A stretch of 64,000 nt of DNA, taken from the NCBI RefSeq assembly GCF_009914755.1, contig NC_060926.1, one strand, 5' to 3'. Numbering within the stretch: position 1 is the first letter of the stretch; each line of letters begins with the position of its first letter. The notes beneath the pieces were generated by a model, which was given only the letters and a program-made list of their open reading frames with translations, had not been told where the DNA came from and did no database searches. This DNA comes from the human T2T-CHM13v2.0 reference genome, Homo sapiens. Shown piece after piece: positions 38,817 to 53,212 of this stretch. Made by a program: the position numbers and the translations under genes.

Positions 38817-39358
38817 CCTGAATTACAACAATGGAGAAAATGCAATTTCCTTCAATTTGTGTATAATGTCAATATCTGGGAGGTCTTGAGCAAATGTAAT
38901 TAACATAAACTTAAGAGGGCAAAACAAAGACAATCATAACCAGTGGCACCATTATGCAATAACGATAACTGATTCCTACATTGAAGTTTCTGTTTGGGGT
39001 CAAGTTATTACTTTATTTGCACTGTATTCTATGTGACTATACACAGAGTTTCCCCAAAAGTTTCAGTCTCAAAAAACAAACAAAAAAAGCCAGGAACCTA
39101 TGTTCTTCTTTGTTGTTGTTGAGGCTCAAGTAATTAAACCATATTCGATTATTTACTGTAAAAATAAAAATAAGTTTGTCCATTATAAAGGGCAAATAGA
39201 GCAATTTATCTCATTCTTTTTCCAGAGGATTTCCTTGGAAACAGTATATTTGAGGTAAATTCTTCAAGGATTAAGCCTAATCTTTGGTTTTTATAGTGTT
39301 GGGATACCCCTAAAGTGGTGGGCAAAATACTGTGTAGATATATATAAGAATTTACCTC

Positions 39359-39680
39359 GGCCGGGCCTGGTGGCTCACGCCTGTAATCCCAGCACTTTGG
39401 GAGGCAAAGGTGGGCGGATCATGAGATCAGGAGATCAAGACCATTCTGGCCAACATGGTGAAACCTGGTCGCTACTAAAAATACAAAAATTAGCTAGGTG
39501 CGGTGGTGCATGCCTGTAATCCCAGCTACTGGGAACGCTGAGGCAGGACAATCACTTGAACCCAGGAGTTAGAGGGTGCAGTGAGCTGAGATCGGGCCAT
39601 TGCACTCCAGCCTGGCGAAAGAGTTAGACCCCGTAAAAAAAAAAAAAAAAGAGAGAGAGAGAGAAAGAGAGAAAAGAAAA
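39359..39680 (+). mobile_element. AluSc with A-tail and (GA)n extension
   Basis: aggagatcaagaccattctggccaacatgg; cctggcga one-base deletion; degenerate TSD aagaatttacctc / aacaatttatctt. Confidence 0.92.
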
Positions 39681-41464
39681 AACAATTTATCTTTTAAAGC
39701 AGCTTTGGAGTTCCCCATGAGATACAGGGAACAGGAAGTGTAGCTTTTGGTTTATCAAGGGAATATGAGAATTATTTTCTCTTTCTTCTTCTTTGCTATA
39801 TAAAATGTGTGGGATTTTGTCCTAAATTCATAATACTCCCTTATAATGTAAATGTTAATGTTCACACAGTAATATGTTGTGTTTTTGCTCTCTCTTCTAT
39901 TGATATGAAGGAATATTTTTATTGATGGGATTGTTTTAATTCCTAACATTATTTAACCTATAATCTGAGTCAGAGTACATACAAATCCCGACTAAATATA
40001 AACGCTAAACCAGCACTAAGGAATTATGATGTAATGAGACGAAGCTAACGTGGTTACCTTTTGAAATAATGAAAGGATGTTCCAAAAGCTGTCATCACCA
40101 TAGTTGCTGGTGGTACATTATAGAAAAACCTGTGCCAAGACACATTCAATGTTAAACAACTGAAGCTGGAAATTATTCAGGATTTTATTAAAACCAGTAA
40201 TTTATTTTAAAGTTAAGCATTAGTACAGAGAGAGCTGAAGTTACTTACTTAAGGACACATTCTATGTAAAGTAGCAAAGTTGGAACTAGAATCCAGGGGT
40301 CAAAGTCTTGTAAAGTGCTATAGTGATTTTTTTTTCTTTGATTCAGTCCTACTTTGTTTTAACTTGTCTCATCTCCCTGGTGATAATCAATAAATTAAAA
40401 CCTGGGCTTTGTCCCAACATGGATGCTTAATACAGATGGGCCATGAAGTAAAAATGATTGTTGTTCCCCAGGTATGGTCAGCAATCACCACTAGGCAACA
40501 CAAATAACATTTTCACCTGCCAGTTCACATTGCACTACTATTCTTCTAAAATAACATTTCTAAATTCCTTTTGTGCTCTTTCTGCATTGATAGATTATTC
40601 TTTTTAATTAACTTCCTTTATGACAACCTTTAAAGATACTATTACTGGATGAATAAAAATCTACAATTATTTTGTCTCCTTCTGGACTTTGTCTCATTAT
40701 TTAAGTATTTTTAGCTTGACTCTTTTCCTGCTTCTCCTAACTCTCTCACCTCAACAACACTCTTGGTTAAAAAGAAGAAAATAGCTTCCTCAGTAAAATT
40801 TCTTAGAAAATTGAGACAGAATTGACCATTCCCTGTATTCCAATCTTGTGGGACTGTAATCTATTCCAAGGGAATGTTCAGAGCATTATAACCAAGTGGC
40901 TTAGAATAAAAATCACATTACATTTGGAAATAATGGACATTATTTACAAATATAGTTTTATAAATATTCTCAAGTGACCCTTAATGAAAAGATACAAAGT
41001 AGGATATATTTATTCAAAAATGTGGGATTCTCCAGCTCAAAGAAACTGTCTGACATTCTTTGATATTCAAGATATATCATTCGTAGGCCACTAACTTCAT
41101 TGGAATTCACCACAAAATGTTTGAGAAGATAGAAACGATTATTTTAAAAAAGGATAGGGGATATATTTTCAACATACTTGGAGACTACAAAAAAAATTGA
41201 ATAGCCATATAGATATATTTCTCCCAGGACACAATCTCTACCTTTTTGAAAGTATTAAAGGAAGATGTCTACTCTGTAAGTTAAAATTTCTAAGCTGCAT
41301 CATAAGCCAACTGGCCCTATGTTAGGTCAGTTTTAAATATCTATTTTCATGAGTAGAAGCCTCTCTATTCCTGGGATCCAAAAGGACCTAAAGGAATTGG
41401 TGTCCACATGCAAATGTTATTACCTTTTTATCCACCTTTTGTAGCAAGAACCTATGGTCGTATT

Positions 41465-43043
41465 AGTGAGCAAAAAATAACCTGAAACTGGAACTTATAT
41501 TTAAAAGGGAAGCAGAGCATAACAGTTAGAAAATGTGTAGCCTGGCCATGTCGTAGTAAAGAAAAAAACCATTTTCAGGGGAGTTATTCAAGCCTGCTGC
41601 AGAAATTTGCATAAATATTAATAAAAAGCAGCTGAACATTAACAGCCAAGACAATGGGAAAAATCTCTGAAGGCCTTTCAGAGACCTTCACAGCAGCCCT
41701 TCCCATCACAGGCCTGGAGGCCTAGGAAAGAAGAATAATTGTGTGGGCTAGGCCCAGGACCCCTCTGCCCTAGACAACTTTGGGACACTGCTTCCTGTGT
41801 CCCAGCCACTCCAGCTCTAGCCGTGGCTAAAAAGGACACAGATGCACCTCAAGATCCTGGTCCAGAGGGTGCAAATGGAAAGCCTTGGCAGTTTCCACAT
41901 TGTGTTAATCCTGCAGGTGCACAGAAGGCAAGAGCTGAGGCTTGGAAGGCTCCACCTAGATTTCATAGGATGTGTGGAAATGACTGGTGTCCAGGCAGAA
42001 GTCTACTGCAGAGGAAAAGCCCTCACAGGGAACCTCTACTAGGGCAGTGCAGAGGGAAAATGTGGGGATGGAGCCCCCACCCAAAGTCCCTACCAGGGAA
42101 CTGCCTGGAGCTATGTGGAGAAGGCCACCATCCTCCCGACCCCCGAATGGTAGATCCACCAACGGCTTGTGCCATGGTCTTAGAAAAGCCACAGGCACTC
42201 AACGCCAGCCTGTGAAAGGAATTGCAGGGGTTACACCAATGGGATATGCACAGGGGCAGAGCTTCCCAATGCCTTCGGAGCCCACCTCTTGCATCAGTGT
42301 TACCTGGATGTGAGACAAGGAGCCAAAGGAGATTATTTTGGAGCTTTAAGATTTAATGACTGCCCTGCTGGGTTTTGAACTTGCATTGGGACTGAAGCCC
42401 CTTTGTTGTGGCCGACTTCTCCTTTTTGGAACAGGAGTATTTAGCCAACGGCTGTACCTCCATTGCATCTTGGAAGTAACTAACTTTTTTTTTATTTTAC
42501 AGTCTCACAGGTAGAAGGCATTTGCCTTGTCACAGATGAGACTTTGGACTGTGGACTTTTGAGTTAATGATGACATGAGTCAATGCTTGGGGGACTGTTG
42601 AGAAAGGATTATTGTATCCTACAATATGAGTAGGGCATGAGTTTTGGGAGGGGCCAAGGGTAGAACAACATGGTTTGGATATCTGTCCTTGCCCAAATTT
42701 CATGACAAATTATAATCACCAATGTTGGAGAAAAGGCCTGGTGCGAGGTGAATGGACCATGAGGGTGGACTTCCCCCTTGCTGTTCTAATGATAATGAGT
42801 TCTCACAAGATCTGGTTGTTTTAAAGTGTGTTGCACCTCCCTGTGCTCTCACTTCCTCCTGTTCTAGCCCTAAGATGTGCCTGCTTCCCCTTTACCTTCT
42901 GTCTTGATTGTGAGTTTCCTGAGACCTTCCCAGGCATGCTTCCAGTACAGCCTTCAGAGCTGTGAGCCAATTAAACCTCTTTTCTTTATAAATTACCCAG
43001 TCTCTGGTAGTCCTTTATAGCAATGCAAGAATAAATTAATACA
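41465..43043 (+). mobile_element. MSTA-like MaLR: partial internal sequence (41465-42665) and 3' LTR (42666-43043)
   Basis: Internal part homologous to the THE1 internal region at 14690-15860; LTR atggtttggatatctgtccttgcccaaatttcatg...ttaataca; no 5' LTR. Confidence 0.9.
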
Positions 43044-43214
43044 CCATGTGTTCAGCCCAAACTCAGGAAGTTTAATCGCTAAAAGACAAAGAGAGAAAAT
43101 TAGTATCAACAGAAAATAGGATATAATAATATTGCCAATCTACTATTGTGTAGCATGAGTACAGTTGGAATGATAACGATGGAGAGACAAAAGTTAGAAA
43201 TATAAAGAAGGGAG

Positions 43215-43268
43215 TAGGAAGGAAGGGAGGGAGGGAAGGAGGGAGGGAGGGAGGGGAGGATGGAGGGA
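43215..43268. repeat. (GGAA/GGGA)n purine-rich simple repeat
   Basis: aggaaggaagggagggagggaaggagggagggagggagggg. Confidence 0.85.
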
Positions 43269-45339
43269 ATAAATAAAGTGTATGTTTTTCAGATATTACC
43301 TGAAATTTTTTCTATTGATAGCTCAGAGTGAGAACATTGATTACGGATTAAACTGTAAACAACAACAAAAACCTATGCAAGAAATATAAATTGTCTGGGA
43401 GCTGACACTTGGGTAAGGTTTGGAAGAATCATGGGAACATCAACATAGCTATAATGGAAGAAAGATATCTCAAGTAGTGCTAGGGAATTTATGCTTAACA
43501 TGGAATGTATTAAGAATGACATAAGAAATTGTATTCTTCTTAAGAGAGTAAATTTAATAAGATTTTATTAAGAAGATTCCATAGCAAGCAAATGTGGAAT
43601 TGATTTGGAGAGGACAAGAATAGAATCAGCAAGTAAGGTGAGCAGTCTCATGATGAGCAATGAAAATAAGGCAAGGAGAGAGGAATGGAAAAGAAGGGAT
43701 TATACAAGGAAAGCTTCTAAGGAGGAATTGGCAACAGCTGATAGTTACCAGGGTGTGGATACCACGTATTTTGAAATTAAAGACCTACTGGGCACATAAA
43801 GGAATTGGGTCTAAGGAAGAGTGGACAGAAACCCACAATCCTAGGAGATTATGAGTGCCAAAAAAATGTTTCTTTCCTGAAATTTTACTAAGGAAAATTG
43901 CAATCAGAAACTTTTACTTTAATGGCACTTTCTCCTAACTGGGGAATATTATCTTAGTTTCCAATGACAAGACTGAGTCTGAGAACCACTGAAATTTTCT
44001 TAAAGAAGCGGCTTGCTTCTTTAATAATAATAGCATCTTCATTGACATTCAGGCTTTTATAAGCCCAAAAATAATGATAATAAAATGTGGTTGTTCTTTA
44101 AAAAAAGTAATCAAATATTTCAAATTCCAAGTGAATTAAAATATAAAGTTAACCTCTTAAATCATTCAGTGAGAATTTTATTTCAGTGTTATAAACTGAG
44201 AGCATTAACTAAAAGTTAAAATAAAACAAGTCATTTATTTATAATAAAATATTGGTTTTTGTTTGAGAAGAAAAGATTCTAAATATATTCTGGATGTTAA
44301 ATAAAGTGGCTCTGTCATAAAAATGCATCAATAAGTTAAAAGTTAATTATTGTATTTTTTAAAAATATACAATTACAGCATTTTTAATCCTTGAAGCTTT
44401 AGGCACTTCACCACTTTTAGAATTAAAGGTAATTAGGAAGCTAAAATTGAATTGCTACATTAATAGAGGTTACATTATTTTTCAAAGGAGAATTCTTAGA
44501 TATTTTACTGATATTGTTGCTTTTGAATAACGTACCAGCCTAAATTTCTTTTACTCTGAGATATTTTCAAGCCAACTAATGACTTCAATTTGTCTTGGAT
44601 TTTTAACTATTTGATGACCAAAAAAAGAAAGAAATACATTTAGAAATAAAGAGAAAGAAAAGAAGGAAAAATAAAGAAAAAAAAATCAAGTTATTTGGAT
44701 AATTTCAAATCAAAGGGAGATGAAAAAATAAAGTCAGGTAAACAACTCACTAGAAGAAGAAACGCCAAGACATAAGACATGGGAAAGGCAAACGTGAAAA
44801 AGGCAATGAATTCACTTTACTGGAAACAGTGCTTACATTAACGTAGAAATGTAAAATAGTGAGACCCCCAGGTATCTTCTACCACTTGTCTCTCAGAATG
44901 CTGGCTGTCAGAGAAAGTGGGCCAAAGGGCGGAAAACAAACACAGAGATTAAAATTTGGTAGTCAGCCAAAAAGCAGCTGAGTCTTATCTAATTACTATA
45001 AAGTCTGACATTCAAAAGTCAAACTCTCATGTATTAATAGAACTTCTAGTCATCTCTGTATGCTTCATTTTAAATGGGAATGAACATTCCACGGTCACCA
45101 TGGTTCAGAGTAATGAGCAAGAACTGCACACATAGACCCAAGAACACTTGTAAATAAAAGAAGATGGCATGGATCAAGAGAATATCCATGATGATGTCAG
45201 TTGTGTTAGCCAGTAAACAGGGTAAATCAGCTTGCCTTGCTGCAGTAGTAAAGAGGGGCCTACACATGCTTTTTATAATAAAATAATAAAATTGCCATGT
45301 TTGTTCACGTTCAGATCACATGCACAATTCTGTTACAGA

Positions 45340-45895
45340 GTTTGAAAAACAAACATTTGAATAGAAACTTAGTAAATCATTAAAGAAGTAAAAATAAAGC
45401 AACTTTTTAACCCTGGAAGAGAAAAATTTTGTCAAAATTATAAAATACAATTATAGCTCCCTACATACCCTGCTCAGATGTATATGTATGCAAAGTTACA
45501 ATAAGCTAAACATAATTCATTGAATCAAGTTAGATTATACTATATTGACTCCTAAGGAGTGGGGAGTAGGAGTTAAAAATGTGGTGGTGTTGAAGCTCTG
45601 AGAGCTAAATCTGCACATTTCCCAGAGCCAATAGTGTCTTTAATACTAAAAATTTAACAGGTATAATCTAAATTTTAAAACTAAAAATAGCATTCTAAGT
45701 GAATAATTCAGAAGAATGGAGTTAAAGTCAAGAAGAAACATTTTAAAGAGCAAAAAATTGTTTTCTAAGGGAATTGAAAATCTAGAGAGTTCAGAGGCAG
45801 GAGGATGGAAGAGAGAACTGCTAGTTTTTACTATAAGCTTTACAGCCTCATTTGACTCTTTTAACATGTATATGTATTTTTTCAATTTTTAAAAA
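45340..45895 (+). mobile_element. HAL1-like 3' region
   Basis: gaactgctagtttttactataagctttacagcctcatttgactcttttaacatgtatatg resembles the recalled HAL1 3' end. Confidence 0.55.
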
Positions 45896-45906
45896 TAATG
45901 ACTATA

Positions 45907-46715
45907 GACTTCTGGTTTCCAGTGCAGCATGCAAGGAGCTTACAGGTCATCATTCCATCCAAGCAACAAGGAAAGAACTGAACAAACTGAAAAAAACAAC
46001 TCTTCTTAGATCCGTGAGAGAAGTGAGGTCATAGGGCAAGCTGCTGTGCCCCAAACTGGAGAAACAGTAAGGCACGTACAAGAATCACAACTGATTGGAG
46101 TGGAAAGCCTTAAGCAGAAACCTCTGTGGGAACCCAGCACTGGGAAAGAAAAACCTAACCTGTAACTCACAAATTGCTAGAAGCTCAGGCTTGACAAGTC
46201 TGAGAGTTAAAAACCACAGGGAGGGCCAGTCCTAGTGGGCAGGGCACACCCACACTTTTGTGAGCTTTACCTTCATGAGCTCTACCAGGTTCTTATAGTT
46301 GAAGATGGGAGAAAAATCTCCTCCTGTTTCTGGCAGGAAAAGGGCAGATGTATGTGTGTTTAAATATTCCAGAACCTTCTGCTCTTCTTAATAAGTCCTG
46401 CCCTCAAAAGAAACTATTTTACCAGAGCATAGCCTATTGGAGTATTATCAGAGTCTAACCCACTGTGAGCTGAGACAGGGGACACCCAACTCTGGCCCAC
46501 TCTAACCATCCTGTCCCACCTAAGGAGGAGAAAAACTCAGAAGCACTTTGTGGAGTTTCACAGCCCAGGGGCACAGACTGAGACCTAATCTCAGGTCCAG
46601 AGAACACTTTCCCTTTTACCACCACACCACTAAAGGCCTGTTTGCTGAAGTTCCTTTTATCCAGTACATCATGCCCAGCTTTCCACAAAAATTACAATGA
46701 GTATCAAAAGACAAG
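45907..46715 (+). mobile_element. Isolated 5'UTR of an old L1 (L1MC/MD 5'-end type)
   Basis: gacttctggtttccag...ctgaacaaactgaaaaaaacaactcttcttagatcc...cagtacatcatgcccagctttccacaaaaattaca; stops just before ORF1. Confidence 0.7.
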
Positions 46716-47849
46716 AAGTAATGAATAGATTACTTTGACCAAAATAGCTGGACACAGCCTTTTTTTCAGGCACAGTTTTACAGCTCACAACATTTATCTA
46801 ATAATCCAGCAATGCGAGGGTAAAGTAAAACAACACATCTGGTCAATTTGGTATTTATTGCATTGTAAAAAAAGATAGCAACTGTTTAACCAGCAATGTA
46901 ACAGGGAATTAACCAAGACAGTGAATTACCAAGTCATTTTCACTTGTTCATGATATTTGACCCAATGTCAGATAAATATTTGTCTCTAGTCAATATTACA
47001 TAATTGCAGTGTATGAGGGAAAAATCACAGAGCAATATCATCTACTTAAAATCTTTAATCAAAGATATTTAAAAGTAGCAATTCTCTTGCCAAATTTCCA
47101 CAAGGAATACAGCGTATGAGGAACATGTTTATTTTTCACAGAAAAAAGATTTAAGATTTGAAAAATGTTAATAAGCACAACTGTTTGCCACAATCCTATT
47201 TAAGTATTAGAAACTGAAATCCAAACATAGCAAAAGGGATACTTTGGAATATGAACTACCAAAAAGGATTAATATTTTCTCCCCAGCCATTTTCAGACTC
47301 ACAATGTTATAAGTCATCCAGGCCTTGGCCAGGTTAGATGTGTGTTAGTATGAATCATTTACAGCTCCAAAACACAGGTTATCTCTAACTTTTCCCATTT
47401 CCATCTTTAAGACATTGTGCCTTGCAAATCTGGAATTAATTATATAAAAGACTGTCAAGCTACCTCATGTCCTTCTGGAAATGTGAGTGACATGTTTTTC
47501 TCCCTTCTGAAACAAATGAGAACAGTGTACACCATCTTCATAGGGCATTTTGCTCCTTGTAAAACGGCTTTCAATCGAATATTCTTTTTATAGTGATTGA
47601 TTTTAAAAAATCTTACTATCACCAGCTCAATCTAAAGTCCCAGCTACACGTTTCTTTCATACAGGAATGGAAGTCTTGTATTCAGTGGAGCTTTTAGCAG
47701 CATTCTTGGAACTTAATAAATATTAAATACCATAATTTCCCAGAGATTAAAGTCACCATGATTTTAGATTTGACAATATATATGTTTATTACTAAGCAAA
47801 AAAAAATTTGAAAAATAACTGTTTTTTAATCAACAATTACAACCCAAAT

Positions 47850-48040
47850 AGCCAAATAGCTAACATTTACCGAGCTTACTATGTAACATTAAGTGCTTTA
47901 TTTACACTATTTCATTTTCTCACAGCCCTGAATGTTTCTAGTAATACTGCCATTCTAAAAATGAGGAAAATGCAACTTCAATATCGTCTAACTAGTAAGA
48001 GGCTGAATTAGAATTCAAACACAGTCCTTCTAACTCTATA
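47850..48040 (-). mobile_element. MIR
   Basis: atagctaacatttaccgagcttactatgt...aaatgaggaaaatg...agaattcaaacacag. Confidence 0.75.
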
Positions 48041-48047
48041 GCCTAGG

Positions 48048-48220
48048 TTATTTTTTAATAAATTTTATTTTATTGTGGTAAGCACACTAAACCTAAGAAC
48101 TACCCTCTTAACAAAATTTTATATATACAATATAGTTTTGTTAACTATAGGGATAATGTTGTATAGCAGATATCTAGAACTTATCAATCTTACATCTTGG
48201 ATAATTGAGACTTTATGCCC
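48048..48220 (-). mobile_element. L1MA8/9-like 3' end
   Basis: tgtggtaagcacactaaacctaagaactaccctcttaacaaaatttt...gcagatatctagaactta. Confidence 0.8.
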
Positions 48221-48877
48221 AAGCTTTTAGCCATTATACTACAGGATATTTAGAAAGATACAGGCAATTACAAAAATAAAATGGAAATCATTCTTAAATT
48301 TGTCCCCTAACAATAACCAGTGACATGTTGGTGGATTTTTCTTCTCATCTTTATTTGTGCTTCTGTATATCTCTGAAAATTGGAATCAAACTAATAGAGT
48401 TTTAACATTATTCTTTTCATTTCAAAAACTACAATATTTCCCATGTCATTAAATGGCCTTTGAAAATAGAATTTAAAAGCTACAAAAGAAAAACATTTTT
48501 ACTTAAATGATGCAAAGAATTGTCACAATTCTTTATGTCACTCAGCCTGTGTAGATTTGGTCAAAATGACCACATTTGTCTTCATTTCAGGGACTTTTAA
48601 TTTCCTCCTAAGTTATCAAAATATATCAGTGGAGTTGCATTTTTTCTTTGCATTCCATATGCAGCCTTTCATCTGAAGCAGTTCCAAAGCAAGATGAAAG
48701 AATTTAACTCAATTGAGGGATCTAACATCACCTACAGCCTAATGGGTAGCCCTTCCTTGTCAAAACAAGCCAGCTGGAGACTAACTAGAGAACTTCACTA
48801 GGGATTACCTAAGTGGAAAATGGAATTTTTCTTCAAATGTAGTGAGATTTTTAAATTCATTCTTCCAGCTTTAAAAG

Positions 48878-49045
48878 TACAAAAAGTTCTCACTTTACAT
48901 TGTTGATAGGCTCATGAAAACTGAGACATTAAGTGAAAGGATAGAATAACATCCTCTTGTTTAATGTCATCTAGTTACAACGTTGATGAGAAGAAAAAAT
49001 TGCAGATTCCAATAACCTATCTGTGAAATTAAGTGAAGACCATTT
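48878..49045. mobile_element. Tigger-family (Tigger6-like) MITE fragment
   Basis: Degenerate terminal inverted repeats ctcactttacattgttgataggctcatgaaaactg ... cagattccaataacctatctgtgaaattaagtgaagac. Confidence 0.6.
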
Positions 49046-50157
49046 GATTAACTTTTGTCCACTCATAATCCACATGAAAAGGTAGAACACTGGAGACCAT
49101 GGTAGATACAGGACCAGAGAAGAGAAAAGTTGCTTCATTTAACACCAAAGAAGTTTTGATTGACATGCTTTTGTCCAGAAAAAATGAAGACTAGAGGCTC
49201 TCTAAATCTAAGAGTTCTTTTTGAACACTTAACGTTTTATTCATTTCCTTGCTCAATATATCCTCCCTGGGGCTACTTAGATCTCTATGGGAATGGTGTA
49301 AAGAATACAGTCAAAATCATGAATTTATTTTGATTTTCTGTTTACTCTTTTATTCCACTGTGCAGAAGAAAAATGGTACTTTATATGGATTTCAGTAAAA
49401 ATAATCCATTAACAGATCACTGGAGGAAAGAAAGCTAAATTATGCTGCCTGTATGTAGAATACTATGGCAGTTGGTTAAGAATATCCATGGGGCATTCCT
49501 AAAAATGCACATGAAACAGGCTGGAGGTGGGGAGTTTTAAAGACTAAGCAGTGAGATGGGGAAAACCAATATGCTGGATGTTCAAACGTACACAACTGGG
49601 CAACCTAATTTAATATATAGATTTAGTTAAAACCCACATCAGTTTGTTGTGTAGTGTGAAGTATAAGCAAACTTCAGTAAAAGCAATACATCCTCTCCAT
49701 GTTGGCATATTCATAGGTATAATAAAACAAATTGCCAGGAAGGAGAAGACAATTACTTTACATTCTTACAAAATACTATGGATATAAGTTGAATTAGTGT
49801 TCTGTTTCTCTGATTGTCCCTGAGATGGCTGTGTTTTACTACAATTTGCTTTCCTTTCCCCTATCAAATATTCAAATGGGAATGGCCGTCTTTTTACATG
49901 AGCCTACCTCCCTGGCTGTCACCTTGGACTCAGTGAATAGATTCTATCTATTCATGACTCAATGAATAAACTCTGTCTATTAATGACTACAGCCAGTCAG
50001 TCACAGAACTCTTCTTCTGGCCATTGTTTAGTCCACCTCTGTGAAGCACACAAACCATTATTGGCAGTTGGTGTTTGTTCTCAATATTGTATTATTTGAG
50101 CTGTTGATAGAGAATTGTTTTCTTTCTGGTGATGAAGCTTTTAAGAATTGAACTGTT

Positions 50158-50797
<640 letters not shown>

Positions 50798-52299
50798 TTA
50801 AAATTTATACTAGAAGAATATAATTTCCACCATATATAAGATCATGAGATCATTTCAGTAATTAGCTATTGGCATGTGTTGAAATATATACTTTTGATAA
50901 TCTGTAATTTGGAATTTTGGCTTATGACAGTTAAGGAATAAACAGTGAGATAGGGAAAAGCAATTAGCTTTTCATCTTATTTATGGTAAGAACTGCATTC
51001 CTCTAGAAAAGTTTATAAAATTTATCTATGAATCTAGAACGGCTCTAAAGCCTATTAAAATTTTAAAGAGAAAAACCTATGAGGATTCTCCCTTGTAGTC
51101 ACTAACAGTCTGATTAAGTTATTCGGATTGAGTTTATTTGATCCACAGACATCATTTATTAACCCAGGAAAGTATTGTTTCTATGAAGGAAGTACATTAG
51201 TGTGATGTAGGTAACTATCATGTAGCAGATTCAAATCTCATAGAAATTGTAGCTAGAACTGGCCACTATATACCAGATCGACTGACCTTCAGTTGTTTCC
51301 TTTGAAATTTCAACAATCAGTGGGAGATAAAATCAGTGAAAAAATAGTTGACAGGCCTGTGTTGCATACTGCTGCCTTAGGGATACAATTTTTTCCCTGA
51401 AATTACTTTGGGTATATATTCAGATTTAGTCCACTAGTATAACATGATAGAAATGTTCCCATAGATTTTAAACGGGTGCTGGGAGAGAACTCAGAAAAAA
51501 AAAAAACTTAAAGAATTTTCTATCTGGAAGAAAACTATTTTTGATTTAAAAAACAGTGAAATATATTATAATTTATTTTTAAAAATCTAAGTTGCAAAAA
51601 TGTCATAAGTACAAGTCTTTGATCTCCATGGTGAAGTTCTACACTAAAAATTATGTCAAAATTCCTGTCTTTTTATATGCTAAGCAGTCTATATGACCTT
51701 ACAACACTATACTGAACCCTGAGTTTTATGCACTGAATGTATATTTTTGGGGGGAGAATTTAAAAGCGAAGACTAGAAATATGAAGGAAAAAGATAATCT
51801 AATGATAATTATAATTTATTTGTTAATTAAAAAATATGTGCTGACCAAAAAAAAAGAACAAGATATATTTAGGTAAAATATCATGTGAGAAACAATCCAA
51901 GTATGGGAATTACAGGAATATATTTTAGTCTAACTTTTATTCTTAAATAGCTGTGTGATCTCGGGCAAAACAATGAACTGTGGCCTTCATTTTCTTATCA
52001 GATGTGATTTCCAATATGTGGTATTTGAGATCACAGAGGATCAAAGATGTTATAAATTCATGATGTTTGTGGCAGGTGAGAGAAGGGAGAATTTATAGTG
52101 AAGAGAGCATAGGTTAACTATGAAGGGCTTCCATGGAGAGGTATTTTAGAAAGCATGGAGTAGTAGGAAAGAGGGATTTTGAAGATGATAAAAAAGGACT
52201 ACATGCAAAGAAATCCTAAATAATTAGACATTCAGCCAAAAATGAGTATTTAGAATAGATATGTCCAAATGTTTTCACATTTATATGCATAGTTGTGAA

Positions 52300-52530
52300 A
52301 ATATGGCAGGTCAGTCCAAGAACAAGCTCTGGACTCCAATTCATAGCAGCTGAATCAAGACTCTTTTCACTAACTAGCTTTTTGATTTGGGAAAACCACT
52401 TTAATTTTCATCTGATTCAATTTCTTCAACAGGAAAATTGGGAATAATAACACCTTATAGAATCAGCTGTTGGCTTAAAAAATGTATGAGGGACTTTAGG
52501 TCTGGTACATAGGTTTTACTCAGTAAAATA
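52300..52530 (+). mobile_element. MIR
   Basis: aagaacaagctctggactc...ttgggaaaaccactttaa...caatttcttcaacaggaaaattgggaataataacacc. Confidence 0.7.
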
Positions 52531-52615
52531 TACTGGCTGATATTGTTATCATTTTGTATAGCCAAAGCTCATGTTTTTCAAGTCAAATGCTTTGTTCTTA
52601 AAAAATGGAGACGAG

Positions 52616-52775
52616 AGCAAAGTGGAGTGACTCACACTTGAAATCCCAGTGACTAGGGAGGCTGAGGCAGAAGGATCACTTGAGGCCAGGAGTTCAAGGT
52701 TGCAGTGAACTATGTGATCTTGCCACCGTACTCCAGCCTGGGCAAAAGAGTGAGACCCTAGTTCTTCAAAAAAAG
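52616..52775 (+). mobile_element. Monomeric Alu relative (FRAM/FAM)
   Basis: Single ~160-bp monomer gggaggctgaggcagaaggatcacttgaggccaggagttcaaggttgcagtgaactat plus short A tail. Confidence 0.8.
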
Positions 52776-52969
52776 CATGGTGGGAGAACCTCTTTAATAC
52801 TTCCATTTTTTATAATTGGTAGGATTCTATCTTTAAAATGTCATTTTGTGATTTAACATATTCTTTTAAGACTTTGACAGGTTTAAGAACAATTTATTGT
52901 ATACTTACTCTGTAACAGACACTGTCCTAGAAGTGGAAACATTAAATAAAAATTATGTCATAATGAAGG

Positions 52970-53212
52970 AGGAATCTAATAGTAGTTAAGAACAGCAGCT
53001 CTGGAAGCAAACAGCCTAGACTGAAATGTTGCCTGTAACTCTTCCTTAAGGTTTGGCTTAGGAAGTCACTGCCTTTTTGTTTCTATTGTTTTCTCTGTAA
53101 ACTTTAAATAATAACTATATCTAGTATTATTTTGAAGTTAATTAAGATAAAATTTAAGGAACTTATAAGAGTTTTGGCTACAGCAAAAGTTTAAAAGATG
53201 CTTAGTGTTATT
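52970..53212 (+). mobile_element. MIR
   Basis: tagtagttaagaacagcagctctggaagcaaacagcc...tctctgtaaa. Confidence 0.65.

Noticed and set aside
49927-49990. Palindromic direct repeats reminiscent of CRISPR
   Set aside because: Two adjacent units with no spacers, eukaryotic context and no cas genes
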